A stretch of 64,000 bases of DNA from an uncultured Chloroflexia bacterium (GCA_963700285.1 CAVOXA010000010.1:608001-672000), one strand, 5' to 3'. Numbered from the stretch's first letter, positions 47,982 through 58,369 are shown. Translations and numbers: made by a program. The notes: generated from the letters alone by a model not told the origin.

Positions 47982-48668
47982 TTGAAGACTGCCATCATCA
48001 TCCCGGCCCGAAACGAAGAGATACCTCTACCAAACGTCATTGCTGAAATTCCATCGGACGTGGCCGATTTGGTGGTTGTCGTGGACAACGGCTCCACCGA
48101 TCGCACGGCCGAGGTCGCGCAGCAGGCTGGAGCCATCGTGGTCTGCGAACCACAGGCGGGCTACGGTTATGCCTGTGCGGCTGGCGTGCGGGCCTCTGGC
48201 GAACGTGGTGCTGAGGTATTTGTCTTTCTCGATGCGGACGGTAGCTTTGATCCCGCCCAGATCTCCGACCTGCTGGCTCCTATCAAGACCGCGCAGGCCG
48301 GCCTGGTGCTGGGCTCGCGACCGGCGGGCGGGATGGAGCCCGGGGCCATGCCACCGCACGCTCGCTTTGGCAACTGGCTTGTAGCGCAGCTGATGCGGCT
48401 GCTCTACGGTCTGCGTGTCACCGACCTGGGACCGTTCCGCGCCATCAGGGCTGGCTTGCTTGCCCAATTGGATATGCAAGAGATGACCTACGGCTGGCCC
48501 ACCGAAATGATGGTCAAAGCTGCCCGGCAGGGCGTACGCGTCGTCGAGGTGCCGGTACGCTACAGGGTGCGGCGTGGCGGGCGCTCCAAGGTCAGCGGGA
48601 CGGTCCGTGGTACGATTCTGGCCACCTATTTCATCCTGTCAGTGACACTGCGGTACGCTTTTCGCTAG
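47982..48668 (+). CDS. Glycosyltransferase family 2 (DPM1-like)
   Basis: IIIPARNEE, VVDNGSTDRT, GYGYAC, FLDADGS, TDLGPFRAI, SKVSGT; TTG start after GAGGAG. Confidence 0.92.
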   Translation: MKTAIIIPARNEEIPLPNVIAEIPSDVADLVVVVDNGSTDRTAEVAQQAGAIVVCEPQAGYGYACAAGVRASGERGAEVFVFLDADGSFDPAQISDLLAPIKTAQAGLVLGSRPAGGMEPGAMPPHARFGNWLVAQLMRLLYGLRVTDLGPFRAIRAGLLAQLDMQEMTYGWPTEMMVKAARQGVRVVEVPVRYRVRRGGRSKVSGTVRGTILATYFILSVTLRYAFR

Positions 48669-48688
48669 AGGGGAAATCTTGAGGTTTG

Positions 48689-49675
48689 ATGTCGCTGCCT
48701 TTGCCCAACGAACTGTACATCGAGGTAACCAATCGCTGCAACTCATTGTGCGAGACCTGCGTTCGCACCTTTATGACACGGGAACCGCTCCGCGATTTGA
48801 CATGGGACGAGTTTCGCACCCTGGTGGACCAGGTACCTGCCCTGGAGCGAACGGTGCTCCACGGCATAGGTGAGCCGTTGCTCAACCGTTACCTTGTGGA
48901 CATGGTCGCCTACCTGAAAAACCGTACAAATCCGCCTCAGGTGCTCTTTAATTCCAACTCCATCCGCCTCACTCCAGAGCTTCAGGCATCACTAATAGAC
49001 GTCGGGTTGGACGAATACCGGATCTCCACGGACGCCGCCCACAGGGCGCTATACGCCCATATTCGCGGGGTAGACGGGTTTGACCAGATGACGGAGAACG
49101 TCCAGAGCTTTGCCCAGCGGATCCGGAAGATGGGACATGGACCGCGGCTGTCCCTGTGGTTCACCGCTATCTATGAGAACGTCGGCGATCTGCCCGACCT
49201 GGTACGTCTAGCTCATCGCCTCGGGGTGAGCGAAGTCTATGTCCAGAGAATGGTTTATTACGATGAGGGCATGGCGCGCCCGCAGCAATCCGTTTTCCGG
49301 ACACTAGAGGCCACGGAGAAGGAGCTTCTCGAGGAGGCCGAGGCGTTGGCCGAAGAACTGAACATCAGTTTCCGCGCTTCGGGAGCCACCTCCCCCCGGC
49401 AAAGCCTGCTGTCGTCCGACGGCGACAAGAGGCCGTGGTCCCAATGTCGCCGTCCCACGTCGCTGATGTACATCTCGGCGAATGGCAACGTCCTACCCTG
49501 TTGCCTGTCGCCCTACACGACCCGCGACTATCCGGGGCTGATCCTGGGCAATGCCTTCGAGGCATCTTTGGCCGAAATCTGGAATAGTGCAGCCTATCAG
49601 CGATTCCGAACCGCGCTACAAAGCGATACACCGTGGGAGTCATGCGACCGGTGTGGCGTGTTTTGGAGTCTGTAG
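48689..49675 (+). CDS. Radical SAM protein with SPASM/twitch domain
   Basis: CNSLCETC, LHGIGEPLL, and C-terminal CRRP...GNVLPCC...CDRC. Confidence 0.92.
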   Translation: MSLPLPNELYIEVTNRCNSLCETCVRTFMTREPLRDLTWDEFRTLVDQVPALERTVLHGIGEPLLNRYLVDMVAYLKNRTNPPQVLFNSNSIRLTPELQASLIDVGLDEYRISTDAAHRALYAHIRGVDGFDQMTENVQSFAQRIRKMGHGPRLSLWFTAIYENVGDLPDLVRLAHRLGVSEVYVQRMVYYDEGMARPQQSVFRTLEATEKELLEEAEALAEELNISFRASGATSPRQSLLSSDGDKRPWSQCRRPTSLMYISANGNVLPCCLSPYTTRDYPGLILGNAFEASLAEIWNSAAYQRFRTALQSDTPWESCDRCGVFWSL

Positions 49676-49777
49676 AGAGGTCTAGCCTTTGTGCGATCTG
49701 CGATGAATAGGTTTGGCCCCACCTGGGAGTCAACCCATACCCACCGGTCAATCTACCGGAAGAAAGGGAGGAAAGCG

Positions 49778-52432
49778 ATGAATGCCAAGGCACTGCATCT
49801 GTTCGGGATAGTCATAAGCCTGTTGGCTGCCGCATTACTGATCGCCTCTTGCGGTTCCGCACCCGAGCCCGCAACTCCGTCAACTGCTGCCGAGCCTACT
49901 CAATCACCGGCCGAGCCCACAGAACTACAGAAACCTACAGAGGCACCAGAACCTACCGCCGCCCAAGCAACCCAGACGCAGGAGGGAGAGGTTCTGTTCC
50001 CGCCAGAAACGCCATCGGCCGTGCGTGGCAAGGCGGTTTTCACGGCCGATTGCGCCGCGTGCCATGGCGCTGCGGGCGATGGTTCCGGGCTAGCGGGCGC
50101 GGCCAACTTCACCGACCTGGAATTCATGCGCAACGCAAAGCCCGCCGAGTTCTTTGCGGCCATCCGCGACGGCGTCGAAGGTACTGCCATGCCCGCCTGG
50201 GGTGCGACGCTGAGCAAAATGGATATCTGGGACGTGCTCTACTACGAACGGACCTTCGCCACCTCGCCGGAGAACGTGGCCCAGGGGAAGGCATTGTTCA
50301 CCGCCAACTGCACAACCTGTCACGGCGCTGCGGGCGACGGCTCAGCATTGAAGGGTGCCGCTGACTTTACCGATCAGGAGTTCATGAGCAACGAGGATCC
50401 AGCCGAGTTCTTTGAGGCCGTCACCAACGGCGTCGAAGGTTCGGCCATGCCTGCCTGGGGCGCGAGCTTTGACGAGGACCAAATCTGGTCCCTGATCGAC
50501 TACCTCTCGACCTTTGCCTACGAATACCCAGAGGGAGCAGCAGCGGCACCAGAGCCAACACCAGAACTAACCGGAGTCGAGCCCACAGCAGCGCCCGAGA
50601 CGGGTGACGCCACGCCATCGGGGATGCCTTCGGCGGTGCGGGGCAAAGCGGTCTTTACAGCCAACTGCATCGCCTGCCACGGCGAAGCGGGTGATGGCTC
50701 GGCCCTGGACGGTGCGGCCGATTTTACTGACTTGGAGTTCATACGCGGCAAGAAGCCAGCCGAGTTCTTTAAATCCATCCGCGATGGTGTTGAGGGCTCG
50801 GCCATGCCAGCCTGGGGAGAGACCCTGAGCGAGGCGGAGATTTGGGATGTGCTCTACTACGAGAGGACCTTTGCCACGTCGCCGGAGGAGGTCGCGCAGG
50901 GTCAAGAACTATTTGCCGCCAATTGCGTGACGTGCCACGGCCAGGCAGGCGACGGCTCTGGGTTGGCGGGCGCAGCCAACTTTACCGACCGTGAGTTCAT
51001 GGACAACAAGGATCCTGCCCAGTTTTTTGAGGCCATCACGGCTGGCATCAATGGTTCAGCCATGCCTTCCTGGGGCGACATCCTGGATGAAGATCAGATC
51101 TGGGCTCTAGTCAACTACCTCTGGACCTTTGCCTACGAGTACCCGGGAGCTGTTGAGGCAGAACCCGCACCAGAGATCGAATTGCCGCAGGAACCTGATC
51201 CGGCCGTGGGAGCGCAGGTGTGGCAACAGAAGCCCTGCATCGGCTGCCACGGCGCGGAAGCGGAGGGCGACATCGGTCCCAAGCTGGCCGGGACGCCGCT
51301 GCAGTTCGACGAGGCATTGTTCCGTGTGCGCGTCGGCAAGGCCCCAATGCCCGCCTTCAGCGAGGCGCAGGTCAGCGACCTGGAATTGCAGCACATCTTT
51401 GCCTGGCTGGAATCCCTGACCCCGCCTACACCCACCCCTGAGCCCACTGATACACCACCACCAGCCTCAAGCGGCCCGACGGCGACGCCCAAACCAGCGC
51501 TGCCGCCATCCGGACACTTGATGGCCTTCTGGGAACACGTCAACTGGGTCAAAGTCCACTCTGACTTTGCCAAGGATGGTACTCCTGACCTCGGCAGTTT
51601 GCAGGACCGGGTACGCCAGGCTAAGGAACGGGCCAACAGCGCCTTGCAAGAAGCCGATCTGGCCATCGCTGACATCCCGAATCGGCAGGCCCAAAACACC
51701 ATCAGGGAAGTCAAAGGATTCATAAACGAGATCCTTGGTCATGCTGACGCTGCCCTAGCAACGCAGGACTTGAACACCGCACGCAGCGAGGCTGGCAAGA
51801 TGGTCGAGATCTCCCGGCTGGACGCCTGGCCCCGGGCCTCGCAAGCGGTCCAGCAAGCTGGGTTTACCGGTTCCGTGCTGGTACGGGTCAAGAACCAAAA
51901 CGGCAGCCCCATCGCCGGTGCCCTTGTCACTGCTCTGACAGCGCTGACGCCGTCTGGCGGCCAGACCGACGCCAATGGCCAGGTACTCATTCCCGATCTG
52001 GCTGCAGTACGGGTGATGCAGGTCAAGGCCTACAAGGATGGCCTAGTATACCACGAGGTGAATGTCACCGTCCCGCAGGGCGGCCGGGCGGTCGCTGACA
52101 TCACGCTGCCCGGCCCACCCGCCGCAGGCCAGACGCCGGTTGTCTCCAATCCTAGCATTAACCCCGCGTCGGGGCCAGGCGATGCCCAGGTCACTTTTCG
52201 TATGACGGGCACTGATCCGCAGGGCCACGCCAACATTGCTGAAGACCAGGTCTTTGCCCTGAATCCTGAGCTGGGTGAGGCTTACATCCTGCGCTCAGCG
52301 GGCGGCGACAACTGGGATGCGACCGTTGATCTACCCAACCTCGAACCCGGGATCCATACCTGGTACTTTTTCATCGTGGACCACCAATGCAACACCAGCA
52401 ACGTCGTGCCACTGACCTACACAGTACAGTGA
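49778..52432 (+). CDS. Pentaheme cytochrome c lipoprotein with C-terminal helical and Ig-like domains
   Basis: Lipobox LIASC; CAACH, CTTCH, CIACH, CVTCH and CIGCH, each followed by an MP(A/S)(W/F) axial-Met motif; Pro/Thr-rich linkers. Confidence 0.9.
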   Translation: MNAKALHLFGIVISLLAAALLIASCGSAPEPATPSTAAEPTQSPAEPTELQKPTEAPEPTAAQATQTQEGEVLFPPETPSAVRGKAVFTADCAACHGAAGDGSGLAGAANFTDLEFMRNAKPAEFFAAIRDGVEGTAMPAWGATLSKMDIWDVLYYERTFATSPENVAQGKALFTANCTTCHGAAGDGSALKGAADFTDQEFMSNEDPAEFFEAVTNGVEGSAMPAWGASFDEDQIWSLIDYLSTFAYEYPEGAAAAPEPTPELTGVEPTAAPETGDATPSGMPSAVRGKAVFTANCIACHGEAGDGSALDGAADFTDLEFIRGKKPAEFFKSIRDGVEGSAMPAWGETLSEAEIWDVLYYERTFATSPEEVAQGQELFAANCVTCHGQAGDGSGLAGAANFTDREFMDNKDPAQFFEAITAGINGSAMPSWGDILDEDQIWALVNYLWTFAYEYPGAVEAEPAPEIELPQEPDPAVGAQVWQQKPCIGCHGAEAEGDIGPKLAGTPLQFDEALFRVRVGKAPMPAFSEAQVSDLELQHIFAWLESLTPPTPTPEPTDTPPPASSGPTATPKPALPPSGHLMAFWEHVNWVKVHSDFAKDGTPDLGSLQDRVRQAKERANSALQEADLAIADIPNRQAQNTIREVKGFINEILGHADAALATQDLNTARSEAGKMVEISRLDAWPRASQAVQQAGFTGSVLVRVKNQNGSPIAGALVTALTALTPSGGQTDANGQVLIPDLAAVRVMQVKAYKDGLVYHEVNVTVPQGGRAVADITLPGPPAAGQTPVVSNPSINPASGPGDAQVTFRMTGTDPQGHANIAEDQVFALNPELGEAYILRSAGGDNWDATVDLPNLEPGIHTWYFFIVDHQCNTSNVVPLTYTVQ

Positions 52433-53154
52433 GACGCTGGGCGGCGCCCCTGGCACTCTTGGGGCTCGTGCCGCTACTAACCTTGGCGCTGAGGCCGGGG
52501 GCAATGCCTCCGGCCCCGGCCTCTTTGCCCTTGGTCGATCCCGAACTGGGCGTGCCCGTAGGCGAGCCACTCATTTCAACTGCCACAGACGCGAAACTGG
52601 CCATGGACGGCGTCGTCGAGGCAGCTTGGGAACAGACACCAATGCTGTCCGTGCCCTTGCACTATGGATTGCACAGCGACGAACAGGTGGGCGTGCTGGC
52701 ATTGCGGTCGCTGCACGACACCGAGAACGTTTACTTTCTGGCCCGATGGCCCGCCGCTACACACGGCGGCGAGCCTGACGTCTGGCACAACCTCATTACG
52801 GTCCACTGGCGCTTGGTGGACCCAGGCCACGTCTCGGGTGAATCCACGGGGAGCGATGGATTGGCCTGCACGGTGGGCTGCCATACCGCCACTGCCAACG
52901 GGCAGGGCCAGATCGTCGGCATCCGCCCCGAAACGATTCCGCCGGGATTGAGCGAAAACCTGCCTGCTGGCGGCGGCTGGTCGGATGGTGAGTGGCTTGT
53001 GGAATGGAGCCGGCCCAAGGTCAGCGAGAGCCCCTACGACCAGAACCTTAGCGATCCTGAACAATCCTATCGCTTCTTTGTCAAGCTGTTTCTGGGATTG
53101 GAGGGTCAAGCCGACCCCGTGTCCAACGTTCACAGCCTGAGGCTTGGCCAGTGA
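52429..53154 (+). CDS. Secreted DOMON-like (ethylbenzene dehydrogenase gamma-related) protein
   Basis: GTGA overlap, signal peptide, LRSLHDTENVYFLARW, CTVGCH, GGWSDGEWLVEWSRP. Confidence 0.7.
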   Translation: MRRWAAPLALLGLVPLLTLALRPGAMPPAPASLPLVDPELGVPVGEPLISTATDAKLAMDGVVEAAWEQTPMLSVPLHYGLHSDEQVGVLALRSLHDTENVYFLARWPAATHGGEPDVWHNLITVHWRLVDPGHVSGESTGSDGLACTVGCHTATANGQGQIVGIRPETIPPGLSENLPAGGGWSDGEWLVEWSRPKVSESPYDQNLSDPEQSYRFFVKLFLGLEGQADPVSNVHSLRLGQ

Positions 53155-55214
53155 AATACCGTGGGCCAACATTAGCGACAAGGATCGCGCGTGATTTTGC
53201 CCCACTGTTGGCGGTGGGCCTGCTGGTAGCAGTTTATGTAGCCACCTTGGGCACCATGTCGCTGCGCCGGCACCAGAACCTCCGGACCAACGCCCTGGAT
53301 CTGGGCTATACGGATCAGGCCGTATGGAATACACTCCACGGCCGGCCTTTCCGCTTCTCCACCTACCTGGACGCCGCTTACTACCTCGATATCCCCATCC
53401 AGGTGTTCCGAGATCCCGGCATGCTCCTGGGTTACCACGTTGAACCGATCCTGGCCGCCATCAGCCTCCTCTACCTGGTCCACGATGGGCCGGAGACATT
53501 GCTGTGTTTGCAGACGGTGATCATCGCCCTGGGGGCAATTCCAGTTTATTTCCTTGCACGTTCCCGCTTCGAAAGACAGAACACGGTGACCAGGGAAGGG
53601 CACGCAACGCGCAACACGCCATACGTCGCACGTTGGATCCCCATCGGCTTTGTCCTCCTCTATCTGCTCTCCCCTCCGCTGCAAGCCACAAACTTGTCGG
53701 ATTTTCACGCCGTGGCGCTGAGTCCGGCCTTTCTACTGGCAGCTTTCTATTTTCTCGAGACCGACCGGCCCTGGGGCTTTGCCATTTTTGCCGTCCTGGC
53801 CACCATGACCAAAGAGGAGGTAGGCATCATCGTCGCTATGATGGGCCTGTGGGCGGCCTTGGTGCGGCGACGATGGGCGTTGGGTCTGGGGATCGCCGCC
53901 TTTGGCGCGGGCTGGTCGCTGCTCGCCTTCCAGGTGATCTTGCCCCATTTCAACGGCCTCGGCAGCTCGGCCTTCCTGGTACGCTATGGCCAGTTTGGCG
54001 ACAGTCCCGCCGGCATCCTTCGCAATATCGTGCAGCAGCCGCACCTTCTCACGGATTGGCTGCGTCGCTCCGACGTTGTGCGGTACCTGCGTGATCTGTG
54101 GCTCAGCAGCGGGGGACTGGCCATCCTATATCCGTTCAGTCTGGTGATGGCCCTGCCCTCCCTGGCGCTTAACCTCTTTTCCCGTTATGCCTGGATGCGC
54201 TCGGGCGGTGGGCATTACTCGGCGGCCATCGTCCCGTTCCTGGTGATCTCGGCGATCTATGGGGTGGCCTGGCTGGCAGGGAAGACTGACAGATGGGCAG
54301 ACGGGCGAACCGGAAAATGGCAGGTACACCAGTTCATTACCATTCTGCTTGTATGTGGGGGACTGGTCGTAGCGTTGAGAAATCAGTATTACAGTGGCAT
54401 CTTGCCGTTGTCGAGGCGATTCGCTCTAGAGCCAGTAAGCGAGCATGCTCGCCGTGCCGGGCCGTTCATTGAACAAGTCAACGCTCTGCCACCCGATACA
54501 CCCATCTCGGCAAGCTCGGGTCTTTACCCCCACGTAGCTCACCGGGAAAAAGCCTATCTATTTCCCACCATCAGCGATGCAGAGTTCATCCTGCTGGATG
54601 TGACCGGCCCATCCAGTCCCGTGGGCGCCGGAGATCAGTACCAGATCGTACGCGAGCTGCTGGATTATGCCGAGTTCGGCGTAGCCGAGAGCGACTATGG
54701 ATTCCTGCTCCTGGAGCGTGGTCTCGACGAATACCGGTTTTCACCTACCTTTTACGCTGCCTTCCTCGCTGGCAGTAGATCACCGCAGAACCCGGTTGGT
54801 GCGGATTTTGGTGGGCTGTTGCGGTTGGAGGGCTTTGATTGGGACGTGCGCCCCGTGGTCCGCCCCGAGCAAGTCGTAGAGATTGCGACCTATTGGCAGG
54901 CACTGTCCCCCCTGGACAACGACTATCGCCTGGTCTTCTTTTTCTGGGACAAGGATGGCCGCCTGGTACGAATTCAGCCGGAGGAACAGGTGGTACACTG
55001 GTATCCCACCTGGCTGTGGGAGCCTGACCAGGTGACTAAGGTGACACTGCCCCCGCTGCCTGTGGGCGATCTGGCCCGTATGGGGGTAGCGGTACTGGGT
55101 CCAGGCATCGAAAACTCGGACATCGAGGGCCGCATTGTGCCCATAACCCGGGCAGGGGAGCAAGACCTGGTACTCTGGGAACAAGACACAATTCTGGAGC
55201 TAACGAGACCTTAA
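53151..55214 (+). CDS. DUF2079 membrane protein (GT-C-like)
   Basis: DLGYTDQAVWN, HVEPIL, DFHAVAL, KEEVG, HYSAAIVP; multiple TM helices plus a C-terminal soluble domain. Confidence 0.85.
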   Translation: MKYRGPTLATRIARDFAPLLAVGLLVAVYVATLGTMSLRRHQNLRTNALDLGYTDQAVWNTLHGRPFRFSTYLDAAYYLDIPIQVFRDPGMLLGYHVEPILAAISLLYLVHDGPETLLCLQTVIIALGAIPVYFLARSRFERQNTVTREGHATRNTPYVARWIPIGFVLLYLLSPPLQATNLSDFHAVALSPAFLLAAFYFLETDRPWGFAIFAVLATMTKEEVGIIVAMMGLWAALVRRRWALGLGIAAFGAGWSLLAFQVILPHFNGLGSSAFLVRYGQFGDSPAGILRNIVQQPHLLTDWLRRSDVVRYLRDLWLSSGGLAILYPFSLVMALPSLALNLFSRYAWMRSGGGHYSAAIVPFLVISAIYGVAWLAGKTDRWADGRTGKWQVHQFITILLVCGGLVVALRNQYYSGILPLSRRFALEPVSEHARRAGPFIEQVNALPPDTPISASSGLYPHVAHREKAYLFPTISDAEFILLDVTGPSSPVGAGDQYQIVRELLDYAEFGVAESDYGFLLLERGLDEYRFSPTFYAAFLAGSRSPQNPVGADFGGLLRLEGFDWDVRPVVRPEQVVEIATYWQALSPLDNDYRLVFFFWDKDGRLVRIQPEEQVVHWYPTWLWEPDQVTKVTLPPLPVGDLARMGVAVLGPGIENSDIEGRIVPITRAGEQDLVLWEQDTILELTRP

Positions 55215-55876
55215 TGGACAACGTACTCATCATGGTCGCCAAGGAGCCGGTTCCTGGCCTAACCAAGACGCGCCTTTGCCCTCCTTTTACTCCAGTAGGC
55301 GCAGCCGGGTTATACTGCTGTTTGTTGCTGGACACGCTGGCACTGATGTCGCGGGTGGAGGTGGCTGATCATACCATAGCGTACACACCCGACAAGGCCC
55401 AACCCTATTTCGAGAAACTTGCACCCAACGGCTTCAGGCTGGTACCACAGCAGGGTGCCGACCTGGGGGAGCGATTGGCCAATGCTCTGCGCTACCATTT
55501 TGAGCTGGGTTTCCAGCGCGTCGTCATCATGAACAGCGATGGCCCCACGCTGCCCCTGGCCTGCCTGGAAGAGGCATTCTCGGAGCTCGATCGCGCCGAC
55601 ATTACCTTGGGGCCGAGCCATGACGGTGGCTATTATCTCATCGGCATGAAGCGTCTTTATCCGGAGCTATTCCAAGGGATCGCATGGAGCACAGAGCGCG
55701 TGATTCCTCAGACGCTGGCAGCATGTCACCGGCTCGGGCTAACGGTGCACCAACTGCCCGAGTGGTATGATGTCGACACAGAGGCCGATCTGAAACGATT
55801 GCGCCATGATCTGGCCTGCGATCCGGCGTTGGCACCCAGCACCGGGGCCTTTCTGAGCCACAAACAGCCGGACTGA
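55214..55876 (+). CDS. DUF2064/TIGR04282-family nucleotide-diphospho-sugar transferase fold protein
   Basis: AKEPVPGLTKTRL, QQGADLGERL, SDGPTLP, GPSHDGGYYLIG, WYDVDTEADL. Confidence 0.9.
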   Translation: MDNVLIMVAKEPVPGLTKTRLCPPFTPVGAAGLYCCLLLDTLALMSRVEVADHTIAYTPDKAQPYFEKLAPNGFRLVPQQGADLGERLANALRYHFELGFQRVVIMNSDGPTLPLACLEEAFSELDRADITLGPSHDGGYYLIGMKRLYPELFQGIAWSTERVIPQTLAACHRLGLTVHQLPEWYDVDTEADLKRLRHDLACDPALAPSTGAFLSHKQPD

Positions 55877-56425
55877 CTATTTGCCCAGGCGGCGAGCAGC
55901 CAGCAGCAACCCGATGACGCTCATACTGTCCATGATCTCACCCTCCAGGGCCATACGCAACGACTTGTCGAAGGGAAAAATCCGGCGCTCCAGAAATTCG
56001 GTCTCGTCGGGCAGTGCTTGGGCAGGTGCCAGATCCTCGCCAATGTAGAGGTGGGCCGTCTCGTCGCAAATGCACTTGGAGGTATAGTAGCTGCTGATGG
56101 GGATCAGCCGCCCGGCATGATAGCCAGCCTCCTCGGCCAACTCCCGCTGGGCTGCTTGGTCCAGCGTCTCTCCCTGGTGCACGCCGCCGGTTGGGATCTC
56201 CCAGCGGTGGTTCTCGCCCTGGACATAGCGGTACTGGCGCACTAGCAGCACGTGGCTGTCATCGACAAAGGGTACCACTCCCACGCAATTGCCAAAGGTA
56301 ACCACACCGTAGACAGTCGTCCGGCCATCGGGCATCTCGGCTACATCCTCGCGCAGGCGCATCCAGGCATTCTCATAGACGAGCAGGCTGGATTGTGTTT
56401 TCCATGGTTTCGGCTTCATGGGCAT
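55877..56425 (-). CDS. NUDIX hydrolase (ADP-ribose pyrophosphatase-like)
   Basis: VRQYRY, EIPTGG...AAQRELAEEAG Nudix box. Confidence 0.92.
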   Translation of the reverse strand: MPMKPKPWKTQSSLLVYENAWMRLREDVAEMPDGRTTVYGVVTFGNCVGVVPFVDDSHVLLVRQYRYVQGENHRWEIPTGGVHQGETLDQAAQRELAEEAGYHAGRLIPISSYYTSKCICDETAHLYIGEDLAPAQALPDETEFLERRIFPFDKSLRMALEGEIMDSMSVIGLLLAARRLGK

Positions 56426-56426
56426 C

Positions 56427-57431
56427 TCACGGCACAATAATCGTCGTACAGACGTTGCCCCCCCGGGGAAGGTCTTTCTCAGGCGCCACGTTGAAGGCCA
56501 GATCTATCCTGTCACCACGCACCAACGGACAGTAGATGTCGGGCTGGTTGAGGTCGCCCAGTAAAGCGCGGCGGCTGGCGCATCCCCCGCCACAGCTCGC
56601 CACGTGGGGGCACTCTCTACAAGCATCGGGCACCAGTCGGGCTCGCTGGAACTGTTCGCTCTCCAAGATGCGCTCGGCGGTCAACCCAGACAGATCCTCC
56701 AGGGTCAGGTCAGGCTGGGGCCAGTAGACGCAGGGGGTGATGTAGCGCTGGGGAGTGATACGGATGCTGTGCCGGCCACAGGGCGATCCCGTGAGGCTGT
56801 CGAGTCCCAGCATGGCATTGACGATCGGCTCACTTGTGCTAAGCAACTGTCCAGAGTCCAACAACCGCCGGAACGCCTCCCAAAACTGGCCGTAGCTGAG
56901 CATGTACTCGTTCTGTCCCACCGGCTGGTAGACGTTGACTCTGAAATTCGTCCCCAGATCGCGGGCCACGGCGACCAGCCTGTCCATCTCTTGATAGTTA
57001 GTGTTCATCAGCGTCGCCAGAATCGTCACCTCGATGCCGTAAGCGTGGCAGCGATCAATGGCATCAACAACACAGGTCCAATTGCCCTCGCCCCTAAAGG
57101 CATCCTGAGCTTGTGGTGTGGCGAAATCTACCGACAGCTCCACGTCGTGAAACTGGCGCAACAGCGATGGCGGCATTTCGTTCAGGCTGTAACCGTTGCT
57201 GGCCATGCTCACCTTGATGCCCCGCTCGCTCAGGTACTCGACGATCTGGGGAAACTGGGGGTGCAGCAGGCTCTCGCCGGTTCCCATGTTGAAGGATGCC
57301 GCCTCTAGCGTATCGCTGATGGCGCGGATCTCGTCCAAGCTGAGCTGGTAAATGCGGTCCTGAGGACGGTAACAGTGGGCACAACTCAAGTTGCAGTCGT
57401 TGGTTATGCCAATACCGATCGACACTTGCAC
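56427..57431 (-). CDS. Radical SAM/SPASM protein
   Basis: GTG start after AGGAAGGAG; CNLSCAHC; SPASM CG...TPC...CRECPHVASCGGGC...YC. Confidence 0.9.
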   Translation of the reverse strand: MQVSIGIGITNDCNLSCAHCYRPQDRIYQLSLDEIRAISDTLEAASFNMGTGESLLHPQFPQIVEYLSERGIKVSMASNGYSLNEMPPSLLRQFHDVELSVDFATPQAQDAFRGEGNWTCVVDAIDRCHAYGIEVTILATLMNTNYQEMDRLVAVARDLGTNFRVNVYQPVGQNEYMLSYGQFWEAFRRLLDSGQLLSTSEPIVNAMLGLDSLTGSPCGRHSIRITPQRYITPCVYWPQPDLTLEDLSGLTAERILESEQFQRARLVPDACRECPHVASCGGGCASRRALLGDLNQPDIYCPLVRGDRIDLAFNVAPEKDLPRGGNVCTTIIVP

Positions 57432-57516
57432 AATAGGCTCCTTCCTAAACTGAATCTCGTTCAGTCCAAACCTCGGACATTTTTCCAGTTGCTTTGGCTG
57501 TTTGCGCCCCAGCCAC

Positions 57517-58359
57517 TCAGTCAAATTCAGTACATGAATCAACCCGCGAAAACCTCTTGGGTCTGTGGGCAACCATTTGAATGTACCGGGCCAATTCGTT
57601 GTATGGAGGGCGAGCGGCCACGGCTTTTTCCAAATGGAGCAAGGCGTCAAAGAAATCTGGGTCATCCAGGCGCTCGCGAGGTACATAGTCAGCAAAGACG
57701 CGAACCCCGTAGAGCCCCGTCACGTTCAGTCCCATCTCGCAAAGCCAGGCGCCTACTTTTTCAGCGGTATAGGCCACGCCAGGAATGTCGAACAGGGTGG
57801 CACAAAAGCAACCCTTCTCAAGGGTTGCCAGGGCCGCGTATGGATCCAAGCTCGACCAAACCTGGCGCAGTACCTCGGCGTGCTGATTGACAAAGGACAC
57901 CGACAGCACCCCGCCATCGCGCAACAGCCCGACCAGCGCCCCGAGGCTGGCGCGAGGATCGGGGAGAAACTCTATCAGAGTATGACAGGTGATGACATCG
58001 AAGAATTGGGGAGCGAATGATTCCGCCGTCTGGTCTGCAGACAGGTGGCAGTATGTGATCCGCGCCCGGACATCGCCAGGCAGCTCCTGAGCTGCCTGGC
58101 GTGCCCGGTCAAGCATGGCCGGCGCATAGTCCGACAACCAGACAGAGTATCCATGCAACGCCAGACGCAGAGCCAGTTCACCTGAGCCACCGCCCACATC
58201 TAATGCACGGGGCCGAAGGCCCGGGTCCATAGCATCGAGCAGGCTTGGAGCCAGGTTATGCCAGGTCACCTCCCTGCGGATGCGGCCCAGTGGTCTTTGG
58301 TTGTACTCTGCCCATGCCTCAGCGCCCACGTCGAAGCGCGTTCTTGAATCAACGTTCAT
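57517..58359 (-). CDS. Class I SAM-dependent methyltransferase (SmtA/CmoM-like)
   Basis: ALDVGGGSG, FDVITCHTLIE, YGVRVFADY. Confidence 0.88.
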   Translation of the reverse strand: MNVDSRTRFDVGAEAWAEYNQRPLGRIRREVTWHNLAPSLLDAMDPGLRPRALDVGGGSGELALRLALHGYSVWLSDYAPAMLDRARQAAQELPGDVRARITYCHLSADQTAESFAPQFFDVITCHTLIEFLPDPRASLGALVGLLRDGGVLSVSFVNQHAEVLRQVWSSLDPYAALATLEKGCFCATLFDIPGVAYTAEKVGAWLCEMGLNVTGLYGVRVFADYVPRERLDDPDFFDALLHLEKAVAARPPYNELARYIQMVAHRPKRFSRVDSCTEFD

Positions 58360-58369
58360 CGCCGCGCCG

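Noticed and set aside
47982-58359. Selenoprotein (UGA read-through) in the rSAM/DUF2064 cluster, prompted by selA
   Set aside because: The genes appear complete at their stops, and no in-frame TGA at a Cys-equivalent position was noticed.
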